The notes: generated by a model from the sequence alone, not told the origin. A stretch of 39,172 nucleotides of DNA from Hadesarchaea archaeon (GCA_029259185.1 JAPDJF010000053.1:1-39172); one strand, 5' to 3'. Positions 1-9,519 are shown, numbered from the stretch's first letter. A program made the numbers and translations.

Positions 1-85
1 GTGCTAGAGCCGTGTGGGATATACCCGCGGAAGTCCTGAGCCAGAGGGGGGGAAAACTAATCGACTTCAGCCGATTGGGGTAAAG

Positions 86-745
86 ATGGATAAGCCCGTC
101 TGGGTAAAAGTGAACCCGAATTTTCCAGAACCCGAGAAGATAAGGCTCGCTACCAACACCTTGATGGAGGACGGATTGGTGGTCTATCCAACTGAAACCG
201 TGTATGGGCTGGGAGCGAATGCGATTTCTGAAAGGGCAGTGAAAAAGGTTTTTGAGGTAAAGCGTAGGGATCCGGGTGAGCCGGTCTCGGTGGCCGTGAG
301 TTCTTTGGAAATGGCCAAAAAAATCGCCAACGTGACGAAGGATGCCGAGAAGATTTTTAGATGGCTCCTTCCGGGACCTTTGACCCTCGTTCTACAAGCG
401 AAGCTTGGTCTTCCAAAACTCCTCATGGGGGGGCGGGAGAAGATCGGGATACGAATGCCAAATTCCAAAGTAGCCCTCGAACTGGTGAGGATGGCTGGGG
501 TCCCGCTCACATCCACCTCAGCGAATCTCTCGGGTGGTCTAGAGCCCTCAACCGCGGAGGAGGCCGTTCGTCAGCTGGGAAAAAGAGTAGATTTGATCTT
601 AGACGCTGGCAGGTGCCCCATATCCCTGCCATCCACGGTCTTAGACCTCACCGAGGATCCACCCTTGATACTTCGAAAAGGGCCGGTATCCTATAAGGAA
701 GTGATGGCCGTACTCAGAGCGAAAGGTAAAACGCGAACCGTTTGA
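86..745 (+). CDS. sua5: L-threonylcarbamoyladenylate synthase (YrdC/TsaC/Sua5 family, single domain)
   Basis: PTETVYGLGA, KRR-x-P, PGPLTLVL, TSTSANLSG and PSTVLDL motifs. ATG at 86 preferred over GTG at 14. No C-terminal SUA5 domain. Confidence 0.93.
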   Translation: MDKPVWVKVNPNFPEPEKIRLATNTLMEDGLVVYPTETVYGLGANAISERAVKKVFEVKRRDPGEPVSVAVSSLEMAKKIANVTKDAEKIFRWLLPGPLTLVLQAKLGLPKLLMGGREKIGIRMPNSKVALELVRMAGVPLTSTSANLSGGLEPSTAEEAVRQLGKRVDLILDAGRCPISLPSTVLDLTEDPPLILRKGPVSYKEVMAVLRAKGKTRTV

Positions 746-749
746 GGAC

Positions 750-2612
750 TTACACGAAACACTCGGGTGACACGTAGTCTCCGTATCTACTCTTAGCTTC
801 CATCAGCCTCCGTTTCTGATCACTCAATACTCTGAAAAGCAGCCTGGGGGTGTTGGGCACCGTTTTGTAAATTTTTTCTATCCGCTCGATCTTTGCCAGA
901 TTCTGAGGTATCCTGAGGGTAAACTGTTTGATGTAGCTTTTTCTAGAATACTCTCTTTTTAGAACCTCTTTGAACAGCCGTTGCAGGTCTTCGTATCTCG
1001 GTATGAAGCCGGTGGGGGTTCTGAGGGCCCCTGTATCCCTGTGAACTCGAAGTTCCATCCATTTTAGCCAAACGGCTTTGTCCATCTTGCTTGTGAGAAA
1101 ATTTCCGTTTTCGTCACGGAGGAAATAGTTCACTGAAAATATCAGCGGAGGTTTCTTGAGATCTTTCCCGAACTCGATATAGTTCTGTATGTAATCCCCC
1201 AGAGGTATGGAGAGGAAATCGATGTTCGCCATGGGGTTGAATTCTCTTATCCCCTCATCCCCCAGAACTGCGGCTGTGGCTTCGGACTCTAATGAAGCCC
1301 CCTTGGTCACCACTCCGTGGATCCAGTTAAATGATTCCTCCACAGGGACCGAGGTATCTGAATCCCTCCCCCCATATATGATTCCACCAACTTCCACACC
1401 CATGGGGTCGTCGAGTCTCGGATCCACATTTTCAACATCTTTGAGAGCTATAGCAAATCTGGCGTTCTTGTGGGATGGGGGAATGGGTTTTCCTTCACTG
1501 TCCCTCTTTCCAGGGAACCACTCCCCAGAGTAATTCGTTCCACGAGGTGGGGGATCCCCATTCATTCCCACCCAATACACCTTCCCATCTTCTGTTACGA
1601 GCACGTTCGAGAAGATTATCTCTGCAGGTTTATGGAGAGTTCTCCACAACACTTGATCATCCCTAGGGTTTATCCCTTCGATCACTCCGAATATCCCCTT
1701 CTCAGTGTTGACGGACCAGACCTTACCGTCTCTCCTCCACAGGAATGCTATGTCGTCTCCGATTATACTCTCACCCGTTAACATACATGTGGATGTCTTC
1801 CCACAAAGCGATGGGAAAGCGCCCGTGAAGTAGGTAACTCTACCATTTGGACCGTGGACTCCCATTATGAACATGTGCTCCACGAGCCAGCCCTCCTTTG
1901 AAGCCTTGTGGATGGCCAACCGCATGGCAAGCTTTTTAAGTCCTATCGTGTTTCCGCCATATTGGGTGTTGATACTGAAGACTGTCTTCCCCTCTAGATC
2001 TATGTATATCCTGCGTTTGTCCAGGTTTTTGCTTACCCCATTCACGAGTTCTCCACTGGAGTGAACGAATTTGAAGAAACCATTTGAGTCCCCCATCTCC
2101 AGGAACAGCTTATACCCTCCGCGGTAAAGCAGGTTTTCTGTGTGGGCCACATAGCTCGAATCGGTGAGTTGTATACAGGGTATCCGATATTTTGAATCCA
2201 CCGGCCCCAAGCAAAAGAAGAGGACGTAGAGTCGGTGACCCCTCATTATCCCCCTCATCAGTTCATGGATCTCCCTTAATCCCTCATCTCTTTCGATAGC
2301 GTTTACGTGACGACCTATTCTAACACCTTCCGGGAGCAAGTATTTCGTGTTCTTCCTGTCTCTCGCTTGGTCGTAGTACCCATCGAAATGAACGGTATGT
2401 CCAGGAGTAGCGAGTTCTTTCTCTTCTCCTAGTCTCAGTGCCTCACTCCTTATGAAATTCATATCATCCTCCGAACCCGTGCTGACGAAAATGCTCTCGG
2501 GGTCACATATTTTTACGTATTTGGAAATGAATCGATGTACTTCTGGGTTCTTTATCGCTTCCAGCTTCTTCGCATCCTCTTCCCCGAGTTTGGTTTGGAG
2601 TAGAGGGTCCAT
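750..2612 (-). CDS. pckG: Phosphoenolpyruvate carboxykinase (GTP)
   Basis: 620 aa. YGGNTIGLKK, WLVEHM, GAFPSLCGKT, IGDDIA, SHKNARF, YGGRD and FNPMA motifs. Confidence 0.95.
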   Translation of the reverse strand: MDPLLQTKLGEEDAKKLEAIKNPEVHRFISKYVKICDPESIFVSTGSEDDMNFIRSEALRLGEEKELATPGHTVHFDGYYDQARDRKNTKYLLPEGVRIGRHVNAIERDEGLREIHELMRGIMRGHRLYVLFFCLGPVDSKYRIPCIQLTDSSYVAHTENLLYRGGYKLFLEMGDSNGFFKFVHSSGELVNGVSKNLDKRRIYIDLEGKTVFSINTQYGGNTIGLKKLAMRLAIHKASKEGWLVEHMFIMGVHGPNGRVTYFTGAFPSLCGKTSTCMLTGESIIGDDIAFLWRRDGKVWSVNTEKGIFGVIEGINPRDDQVLWRTLHKPAEIIFSNVLVTEDGKVYWVGMNGDPPPRGTNYSGEWFPGKRDSEGKPIPPSHKNARFAIALKDVENVDPRLDDPMGVEVGGIIYGGRDSDTSVPVEESFNWIHGVVTKGASLESEATAAVLGDEGIREFNPMANIDFLSIPLGDYIQNYIEFGKDLKKPPLIFSVNYFLRDENGNFLTSKMDKAVWLKWMELRVHRDTGALRTPTGFIPRYEDLQRLFKEVLKREYSRKSYIKQFTLRIPQNLAKIERIEKIYKTVPNTPRLLFRVLSDQKRRLMEAKSRYGDYVSPECFV

Positions 2613-2646
2613 AGTTTGTTGTTGTAAAATGTAAATTTTTAACCTT

Positions 2647-2660
2647 TTCTGTTAACAGAA
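2647..2660. promoter_or_regulatory. Perfect 14-bp palindrome TTCTGTTAACAGAA beside the pckG BRE/TATA; candidate operator
   Basis: Seen directly. Lies between divergent pckG and the Lrp gene and overlaps the upstream edge of minus-strand GAAAAGGTTAAAAA. Confidence 0.5.
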
Positions 2661-2751
2661 TGTTAAGGAAAAAGGGGGGAGTCCCCTGACCTAGGATCGG
2701 GACATTACCTTTTGGGATAGCTTTAATCTTTCTTCGTACCTATATCTTAGG

Positions 2752-3225
2752 ATGAGGGACATCGAAAGGCGCATTTTGTGCGAGCTTCTAAAGGACAGTG
2801 CCCGGCCACTCATCGAGATCGCTAGGAAGGTTGGAGCGTCCAGACAAACCGTGGCGAAGAAGATCCAAGAACTGAAGGCTAAAGGGATCATATCAGCATT
2901 CACAGCAGAGCTGAATCCCACCGCACTCGGTTTGAAAACAAAAGCATACGTTTTCTTACAAGAAGATCCTAGAGCTGAAATAAGGAAGAGGAACGAAACC
3001 ATCATAAAGAAAATGCCCAACGTTGGAGAGTTTCATCGCCTTTTCGGGAGATACAGCGCGATCTTGGTGGCGTTGGTCAAGGATGGTGAGGAGCTCAAAA
3101 GATTGGTCAGAAGGATTCACAAACTTAAAGGTGTGAGGGGAACCGAGACGTTTATAGTCCACAGCACGTTAAAGGACGAGCCAGAGGCACCACTCATCCA
3201 TTTTTTGAAGTCTGAAAGGTCCTGA
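2752..3225 (+). CDS. Lrp/AsnC family transcriptional regulator
   Basis: N-terminal HTH (ILCELLKDSARPLIEIARKVGASRQTV) plus RAM domain (GRYS...GVRGTETFIV); 157 aa. Confidence 0.9.
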   Translation: MRDIERRILCELLKDSARPLIEIARKVGASRQTVAKKIQELKAKGIISAFTAELNPTALGLKTKAYVFLQEDPRAEIRKRNETIIKKMPNVGEFHRLFGRYSAILVALVKDGEELKRLVRRIHKLKGVRGTETFIVHSTLKDEPEAPLIHFLKSERS

Positions 3226-3233
3226 AGCTAGGG

Positions 3234-4505
3234 ATGGATTTGTCAGAGAAGAGTGAAAAAACGATTCATGATCCCATTCACGGGAGCATCCGCATAGAAG
3301 GCCTGGCCCTTGACCTGCTTGACACTCCAGAAGTCCAACGCTTGAGAGGAATTCACCAGTTGGGACTAGCACATTTGGTTTTTCCCGGTGGGAATCACTC
3401 CCGCTTTGAACACTCATTGGGTGTGCTTCACCTAGTCAGGAAGTTCGGGGAAATCAGGAGACTGGAAGAGGAGGACTTGAAGCTCTTGAGCGCAGCGGCC
3501 ATTCTTCATGATTTGGGCCATCCTCCGTTCTCCCACACGTTGGAGCCTCTCATGATAGAACATCTGAAGAAAAACCACGTGCGGGTGGGATGTGAAATCC
3601 TCATGAGGGGTACTGAGATAGATGAAAGGGAATCTAAAAGATTGAACTCTTGGGGGGTCCAGAGGGTGGCGGAAGTCCTAGAGAAGTACAGGATAGACCC
3701 ACGTGAAGTTTGTGCGGTTATCAAAGGAAAACATGTGAGACCGTATCTAGCTGAACTCATGAACAGTGAAGTAGATCTAGATCAAATGGATTTCCTGCTG
3801 AGGGATGCCCACTTTACCGGGGTGGCGCTGGGGATGATAGACGTCGATCGTCTGATGCGTACCCTTACCATTCAGAGAAAACGTCTGGTGATACTCAACA
3901 AAGGTGTTGAGGCGGTGGAGGGTCTACTTACTGCCCGCGCCCTAATGTACACCTCCGTGTACTTTCACCCTACGGTCCGAGCAGCAGAACTCATGCTTGC
4001 CAACGCGGTTGAGCGGGCCCTCCATGAGTCTGATCGCCTCACGAGTTTTAACCTGATGACGGATGCCGAACTCATCGAAAAGCTCTATGAAGCGGGAGGA
4101 TATTCCCGAGAGATGATCATGCGCCTTAAATATCGACTGCTCTTCAAACCAGCGTATGAAGAAAAGAGAAAGAAACTGAATGAGAAGGAATGGAATACAT
4201 GGCTCAAGAAGTTTCGCACGTGGCATGACCTCCAAGAACTCCAGAACATGATAGCCGACAAGGGTGGGGTTCCAGAAGGATACGTGTTGTTAGATGTGCC
4301 CATTACGGATCTTCTCCTTTCAGAACCTAGGATAGGAAAGGTTGAAATTCCAGTATTGATAGACGGGCATCGCTTTAGACTCTCAGAAGTCTCCCCGATA
4401 GCGAGTGCTTTAAAGGAGAGAGCTACTCCTCGATATTTGTTGAGGGTACTAACGCTCCCGAAGTTCGCCAAAAGAATAAACAAAGCGACGAGGTTGGTTC
4501 TTTGA
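3234..4505 (+). CDS. HD-domain phosphohydrolase (SAMHD1-like dNTP triphosphohydrolase family)
   Basis: IHDPIHG, QRLRGIHQLG, HSRFEHSLG, HDLGHPPFSH, DLDQMDFLLRD and MYTSVYFHP motifs. Confidence 0.9.
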   Translation: MDLSEKSEKTIHDPIHGSIRIEGLALDLLDTPEVQRLRGIHQLGLAHLVFPGGNHSRFEHSLGVLHLVRKFGEIRRLEEEDLKLLSAAAILHDLGHPPFSHTLEPLMIEHLKKNHVRVGCEILMRGTEIDERESKRLNSWGVQRVAEVLEKYRIDPREVCAVIKGKHVRPYLAELMNSEVDLDQMDFLLRDAHFTGVALGMIDVDRLMRTLTIQRKRLVILNKGVEAVEGLLTARALMYTSVYFHPTVRAAELMLANAVERALHESDRLTSFNLMTDAELIEKLYEAGGYSREMIMRLKYRLLFKPAYEEKRKKLNEKEWNTWLKKFRTWHDLQELQNMIADKGGVPEGYVLLDVPITDLLLSEPRIGKVEIPVLIDGHRFRLSEVSPIASALKERATPRYLLRVLTLPKFAKRINKATRLVL

Positions 4506-4513
4506 CCTCGAAG

Positions 4514-5086
4514 TCAGATAACCATCTTTCCCAGGTCTGTGGGATTGAGTTTGTCGTCCAAGTATCCTAAAGTCTGTAGCCTCTTGATTTCATTCTTCAC
4601 GATAGCTAGAGGTGCTCCCGATTTGACCGAAGCGTTCTCGATGGAGGGGGATGAAGCCAAGGCCCTCAAAACGGATCTTCCAACTTCTCCCACCAATATT
4701 TCTTGGGCTAGCTTCTCCTTCAAGATCCAACTCACACCGGGTTGGGATTGGAGGATGCGCTTGACGAGTTCAGGTCCCGCATCGGTTCCATACTTTTTCT
4801 GAAGTTCCTCCCAGCTAGTTTTTGCCCCGGCCATCGCACTCCTTAGCCTCTCGAGATCCCTCACCAAGCAGGAAATCTTCTCCGCTTCATTCGCTTCCTC
4901 TTCAGGTTTTCTGAAGAGTTCGGCCTTCAGTTTCACGTTTTCATCGCTCAGGCGCCTGATTTCTCTTTCCAATTTATTCATCTCTTCTGCGAGCTTTCGT
5001 CTTTCGATAAGCTTCCAGCCGGGGAGAAATATCCAGCTTAGGAGCACCACGATGATAGCTACTAGGATGACTTCTACCGCGCTCAC
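4514..5086 (-). CDS. Hypothetical membrane-anchored coiled-coil protein with HTH-like C-terminus
   Basis: 190-aa ORF. Hydrophobic N-terminal helix, heptad-rich segment, C-terminal IKRLQTLGYLD..TDLG. Fills the intergenic space. Confidence 0.75.
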   Translation of the reverse strand: MSAVEVILVAIIVVLLSWIFLPGWKLIERRKLAEEMNKLEREIRRLSDENVKLKAELFRKPEEEANEAEKISCLVRDLERLRSAMAGAKTSWEELQKKYGTDAGPELVKRILQSQPGVSWILKEKLAQEILVGEVGRSVLRALASSPSIENASVKSGAPLAIVKNEIKRLQTLGYLDDKLNPTDLGKMVI

Positions 5087-5276
5087 CTCATTCCCGTCTC
5101 TAACATCGATTCTCTGGGTTTAAAGCTTGCGAGAGCCAGACGCGGATCTCATTTACCCTCCAGTTCCTAGCGAACCTTTCTCACGAAAATCGGGGAGTGA
5201 TTATACCCTGTCCGACTCATTCTGCAAGATTTCGTCGATAAGGAGTTAAATGATGTTTTAGAGGAAGTATTATGGT

Positions 5277-5351
5277 GCGGCAGTAGTCCAGCCAGGTCTA
5301 AGATCCTGCCCTGCCACGGCAGAGACGCGGGTTCAAATCCCGCCTGCCGCA
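5277..5351 (+). tRNA. tRNA-Gly (GCC), intronless, CCA not fully encoded
   Basis: Acceptor GCGGCAG/CTGCCGC, anticodon arm CTGCC-CTGCCAC-GGCAG, T-arm GCGGG-TTCAAAT-CCCGC. Upstream TTAAAT box and downstream T5 run. Confidence 0.96.
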
Positions 5352-5429
5352 CCTTTTTCGGGAAATAATAACTACTTGAAGCAGTCTTCGCGTTCGTTAC
5401 GATGGGGTAGCTAGTTCGATGTTGGTTTG

Positions 5430-5660
5430 GGTTCTGGAAAACGGTAACAAACGAACCGCTTTCCTTGGGACTCCCCACGCCCGGAGCCCTCGAGAGTTCA
5501 TCGGGGGCCCTCAACACGCTTCTCCTCGCCAGAGCGAACCCGCGCGTGGCGCGATCGAACTTTGCGTGAGGAAGTTCCTCATCTGGAGGTGCGAGTTTAC
5601 TGACTCCGCTCCTTTCGGGCTTTGTTTAGCCCCCACACCTAGAGCAAAGAAAGGTTTCCG
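5430..5660 (-). mobile_element. Degraded 3' end of a TnpB gene (IS607/IS605-type relic)
   Basis: Frameshifted minus-strand fragments FLCSRCG (Zn finger half), VNSHLQM (like TnpB INLYLQM) and GFAL..RAPDELSR..SPK resemble archaeal TnpB C-termini. Recognition by eye. Confidence 0.55.
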
Positions 5661-5711
5661 TCATCGCCGATATACTTACGCATGTGTGCACTCTGGGAAC
5701 TGTTAAGAAAG

Positions 5712-7142
5712 CTAGTCTTTGATGCCGGCTAGGTGTTTGACGAGTTTTTTCTTCGCATTGAAATCGTAAGAAAGGTGAATCAGGATTTCTTCCATTATTG
5801 GTGACCCACCTCCATGTACCCCCGCTACTGCCCAGACCCCACCTAGCGCAGAGCACAGCATTTCTGAAAGCATGCGGAAGCACCTGTGGATGTTCTCCGT
5901 TGATACTCCCTCTCTTCTTTTAAGGTACTTCTCCAAATAGGCTCCAGTTTCCGGATTTGAGAAGTCTCCCTCAAAGGGCAATGTGGCTGGCAGTCCACCA
6001 GCTACATCGGTAAGGGTTTCCAATTCGTGATAGATATTAACTCCCGCGTGGCGCCTTCCTACGTTCACATAAACTAAATTGGGCACAAAATTCCCAGAGG
6101 GATGTTTTTCCCCGGTAACTGCTGCTGCTATGCCCGCGGCATAAACGAGTTCGGCCACGCACGCCAAGTCGGCCAATTTGGATCTGATGTGGGGCTTGTT
6201 TTCTACCCCCTGGTAGTCTGCGGTGAGGGCCATTGCCCCCATAACTAGATCGGTCACAGCAGGTTTACATCCACAGTAGCTGTGTCTGTGATATAGCCCT
6301 CCAGCGGCATGGGCGAGTAAACCAGCGAAGGGCCATTCACCACACAGGAATACCCGATCCCAAGGGACAAAAACATCGTCGAATATCACGAATGAGTCGG
6401 CCACCCCAAACTCGCTCATCGGGGCCTTTAGGTATTTTCTGGGTCTCGGATTGGCCACATGCGTAATGAGCTTTATGCCCTCAGCATCGGCTGGAAGTGC
6501 AAAAGCAACGGCCCAGTCTACATCGTTCTCCGTCATCGCCCTAGTCGGTACGCATATTATCTCATCCGCGTTCGGAGCCATCGTTATGTGGTTTTTAGCC
6601 CCCCTCACCACTATTCCATCCGATCTTCTCTCTACGACTCTCACGTATAGATCTGGATCCTTCTGCTGGTGAGGTCTAAGGCTTCGGTCGCCCTTCACGT
6701 CCGTCTGTGCCATAGCTGCTGTGAGATCCTCCTTCTGGAAGTATTCTAGATACTTCTGAAATCTTTTGTGGTAATCGGTACCGTAGCTTTTGTCTACCTC
6801 ATACGTTATGAGAGAAAGCGCGTTTATTGCATCACAGCCCATACACCGTTGGATACAACCACCCGTGAGGTGACAGGCTCTCCGTATTAGTTCCTGTTTC
6901 TTCAGAAGGTCCTCTGCGTTCTGATTCACATGGGTAAAGCGATTTATTTCAATACCCGTGAGGTGGGACCTCGCAGTAATCAGTCCCTTGAACTCGGGAT
7001 CGTCAACCAAATCAAATGTTTTTGCTAGGACATTCGTAGATGGTACTAGAATCGGGTCATCACGTTCCACGAGCTTGCCGTCAATGTATACATTTTTCTT
7101 CATTTTTCGTAAAGATGTTCTGTACTCCTCTGATGTCCTCAT
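5712..7142 (-). CDS. 4-hydroxybutyryl-CoA dehydratase-like flavoprotein (AbfD / HpaB-like fold)
   Basis: 476 aa. CIQRCMGCD and YHRHSYCGCK Fe-S ligand motifs, TDVKGDRS, VRGAK and HGGGSP. Confidence 0.85.
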   Translation of the reverse strand: MRTSEEYRTSLRKMKKNVYIDGKLVERDDPILVPSTNVLAKTFDLVDDPEFKGLITARSHLTGIEINRFTHVNQNAEDLLKKQELIRRACHLTGGCIQRCMGCDAINALSLITYEVDKSYGTDYHKRFQKYLEYFQKEDLTAAMAQTDVKGDRSLRPHQQKDPDLYVRVVERRSDGIVVRGAKNHITMAPNADEIICVPTRAMTENDVDWAVAFALPADAEGIKLITHVANPRPRKYLKAPMSEFGVADSFVIFDDVFVPWDRVFLCGEWPFAGLLAHAAGGLYHRHSYCGCKPAVTDLVMGAMALTADYQGVENKPHIRSKLADLACVAELVYAAGIAAAVTGEKHPSGNFVPNLVYVNVGRRHAGVNIYHELETLTDVAGGLPATLPFEGDFSNPETGAYLEKYLKRREGVSTENIHRCFRMLSEMLCSALGGVWAVAGVHGGGSPIMEEILIHLSYDFNAKKKLVKHLAGIKD

Positions 7143-7311
7143 CCAAGTCCTTAAAGATTAAGGGTGTGCGCTTAAATCTTTTCCAGTTAAGATGGTGTTG
7201 AGCCGCGACATGTCAAATGACGCTCATAACCTTCCCCGCAACCCGACAACAGTATTGAATCACCCACTGGAAGAACACTCGCTCCTCTCTCCTGCTCTTG
7301 TTCTATAGAAT

Positions 7312-7494
7312 TCAGAGTAGCAGGATCAATAGATCAATGATTCCAACGAATATGCCTGAGGGCACCGCTACCCTCATCAGTTTGACGAACTTCGGGAGGT
7401 CTCCCCTCGTTCCTAGAACCCCCAGAGCGGAGAACGTCAGTATCAGATACAAACCGCTTACGATAAGCATCGTCGAATCCAACTCTAAACTCAT
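7312..7494 (-). CDS. Small hypothetical two-helix membrane protein
   Basis: 60-aa ORF with two hydrophobic segments, divergent from nep1 across an AT-rich TTTAAAAA box. Confidence 0.5.
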   Translation of the reverse strand: MSLELDSTMLIVSGLYLILTFSALGVLGTRGDLPKFVKLMRVAVPSGIFVGIIDLLILLL

Positions 7495-7557
7495 TTTTAT
7501 CTTTTTTATTCAGATTCACGTTTAAAAAAGCTTTTTCTGGATTGTAGTCATTGTTAG

Positions 7558-8283
7558 ATGATGCTTCACTTAATCCTAGCCGATTGTGAACTCGAAAGGG
7601 TACCACCAGAAATATCTCATCATCGGATCATCAAATGGTGGGCACGTCGGAGGGGGAGGAAGCCAACCGAGCTTATCTTAGATTCCAGTCTTTTCTTCCC
7701 AGCTATCCGAAAATTGGAGAATGGAAGTCGCAGGGGGAGACCAGACATCGTCCATCGTTGCTTGCTGGTTGCGCTGGATTCTCCGCTCAACAAAGAGGGA
7801 CTACTCCGAGTTTACGTACATACCCGTAACGACGAGCTAATAACGATAGAACCCCACACCAGGCTCCCCAGAACTTTCAACAGATTTGTTGGGCTCATTG
7901 AATCGTTATTTCTCAAGGGGTTTACCGAAAGGAAGCTGTTGAAGATGCGAAAAGCCACGCTGGAAGAAGTGGTGAACACTATTCGACCATCCAAAACGAT
8001 ATGCTTTAGTATGAGGGGGAAACCGAAGACTTGGAAAGAAATATACGGGGGAGTCCACCCCACCCATAGAATATGTTTGATAATCGGTGGCTTTCCGGAA
8101 GGGGAATTCATATCGGATGTCGATCATTTATGCGACGAGATCGTGTGTGTCGATCCGGAACCCCTAGCGTCCTCCTCCATTGTGGCCCGAGCAATATTTG
8201 CTTACGAGGAAGAAGTTGGACTACAGATGAAGAGGTTCGCGAGGAGTGGATTTGAAGGAATCCCACAAAATGATAGCCGTTGA
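7558..8283 (+). CDS. nep1: 16S rRNA pseudouridine N1-methyltransferase Nep1/Emg1
   Basis: RGRPDIVHRCLL, DSPLN, RLPRTFNRFVGL and IGGFPEG motifs. Confidence 0.93.
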   Translation: MMLHLILADCELERVPPEISHHRIIKWWARRRGRKPTELILDSSLFFPAIRKLENGSRRGRPDIVHRCLLVALDSPLNKEGLLRVYVHTRNDELITIEPHTRLPRTFNRFVGLIESLFLKGFTERKLLKMRKATLEEVVNTIRPSKTICFSMRGKPKTWKEIYGGVHPTHRICLIIGGFPEGEFISDVDHLCDEIVCVDPEPLASSSIVARAIFAYEEEVGLQMKRFARSGFEGIPQNDSR

Positions 8284-8638
8284 AAGGATCGAGCGACTTT
8301 TGAGCTTAGCCGAGCGGAAGTTGGGTGAGAATCAGGATTTGGCTAGAAGATATGTCGAATTGGCTTGGAAGCTCAAGCTCAGATATCGGGTGAGGCTTTC
8401 ACCCGAACTCAAGAGGAAATTTTGTAGGAAATGCAAAATACTTTGGAAGCCGGGAGTATCCTGTAGGGTACGCATTAGATCTGGGAGAGTTACAATAATA
8501 TGTTTAAGGTGTGGTCACATCACGCGCATACCTCTAAGACCTAAAAAAAATCTCGGATTCAAAAACGTTAATAAGCTAGGGATGGAACACGAAAGGGATG
8601 CCGGTGAGAGATGTACCTGCGGGCAAGCTCATAGATAA
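8246..8638 (+). CDS. rnp4: Ribonuclease P protein component 4 (Rpp21)
   Basis: IAVERIERL, ARRYV, KRKFCRKC and CLRCG zinc ribbon. Start uncertain (8246 or 8270). Confidence 0.92.
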   Translation: MDLKESHKMIAVERIERLLSLAERKLGENQDLARRYVELAWKLKLRYRVRLSPELKRKFCRKCKILWKPGVSCRVRIRSGRVTIICLRCGHITRIPLRPKKNLGFKNVNKLGMEHERDAGERCTCGQAHR

Positions 8639-9044
8639 AGTAACCCAGGAGCTAAAAAAATTTGAGGAACTCAAGCCTCCCGAGTGGAGTTTCTACGTTA
8701 AAACGGGCGTTCATAAAGAGAGACCTCCAAACCAACCCGATTGGTGGTACGTAAGAGCGGCTTCGATCCTGCGAAGGATATATCTGGAGGGACCTGTTGG
8801 TGTTTCAAGGCTCCGAACCCGTTATGGGGGAAGGAAGAACAGGGGGAGCGCGCCCGAGCACTTTAGGAGGGGAGGGGGAAAGATAATACGGACGATCCTC
8901 CAGCAACTCGAGAGTGCAGGCTTCATCAAACGGGTTGAAAAGGAGGGGAGAAAGATTACTCGGAGGGGAGTCGAATTTTTAGAGAAAATTTCTAACGATG
9001 TAATGAGGGAGACTCGAATGGGTGAGACTCATGGTGGAAGATGA
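8598..9044 (+). CDS. rps19e: 30S ribosomal protein S19e
   Basis: PEWSFYVKTG, DWWYVRAASILR, GPVGV and IIRTILQQLE motifs. Confidence 0.97.
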   Translation: MPVRDVPAGKLIDKVTQELKKFEELKPPEWSFYVKTGVHKERPPNQPDWWYVRAASILRRIYLEGPVGVSRLRTRYGGRKNRGSAPEHFRRGGGKIIRTILQQLESAGFIKRVEKEGRKITRRGVEFLEKISNDVMRETRMGETHGGR

Positions 9045-9363
9045 GGAACTGGAGGAGATACGAAGGAGGAAAATGCTTGAGTTGCAGGCACAAATTCAAG
9101 AACAACAACGCCAAGCCGAGGCTAGGAGACAATTTGAAATCGAAAAGAAGGCGATTCTTCAACAGATCCTCACTCCAGAGGCTAGGAGCCGGCTGACCAA
9201 TCTTAAGATAGTGAAACCCGAGTTCGCCGAGCAACTCGAACTTCAGCTCATTCAGCTCGCCCAGACGGGGAGGTTGAGACTTCCACTCACAGATCTCCAG
9301 CTCCGGGAGATCCTCCGAAGACTACAAGAACGAAAGAGGGAGATAAAAATCCGGAGAATATGA
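9031..9363 (+). CDS. PDCD5/TFAR19-like DNA-binding protein
   Basis: ELEEIRRRKM, ILTPEARSRL and KREIKIRR; conserved position after rps19e. Confidence 0.92.
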   Translation: MVEDEELEEIRRRKMLELQAQIQEQQRQAEARRQFEIEKKAILQQILTPEARSRLTNLKIVKPEFAEQLELQLIQLAQTGRLRLPLTDLQLREILRRLQERKREIKIRRI

Positions 9364-9519
9364 ATGGGCAGGAATAAATCCCTCTCCCTTAAGAAGAGAT
9401 TGGTCAAAGCGGGAAAGCGCACGCGGAGGGCACCCATCTGGGTCGTGGCTAAGACCAAGGGGAGAGTGCGCGACAACATCAAACGCAGAAGATGGCATCG
9501 TTCGCGCATAAAGCCATAG
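9364..9519 (+). CDS. rpl39e: 50S ribosomal protein L39e (absent from the ORF track)
   Basis: Own translation: MGRNKSLSLKKRLVKAGKRTRRAPIWVVAKTKGRVRDNIKRRRWHRSRIKP (51 aa). Confidence 0.95.
   Translation: MGRNKSLSLKKRLVKAGKRTRRAPIWVVAKTKGRVRDNIKRRRWHRSRIKP

Noticed and set aside
7255-7280. TTCCAGTGG on the minus strand resembling an ORB half-site
   Set aside because: Single partial match with no GAAAC or G-string and no cdc6 nearby.
8560-8640. rnp4/rps19e 41-nt overlap and absence of the YhbY gene often found here
   Set aside because: Likely a non-conserved C-terminal run-on across an internal promoter; YhbY presence is variable in archaea.
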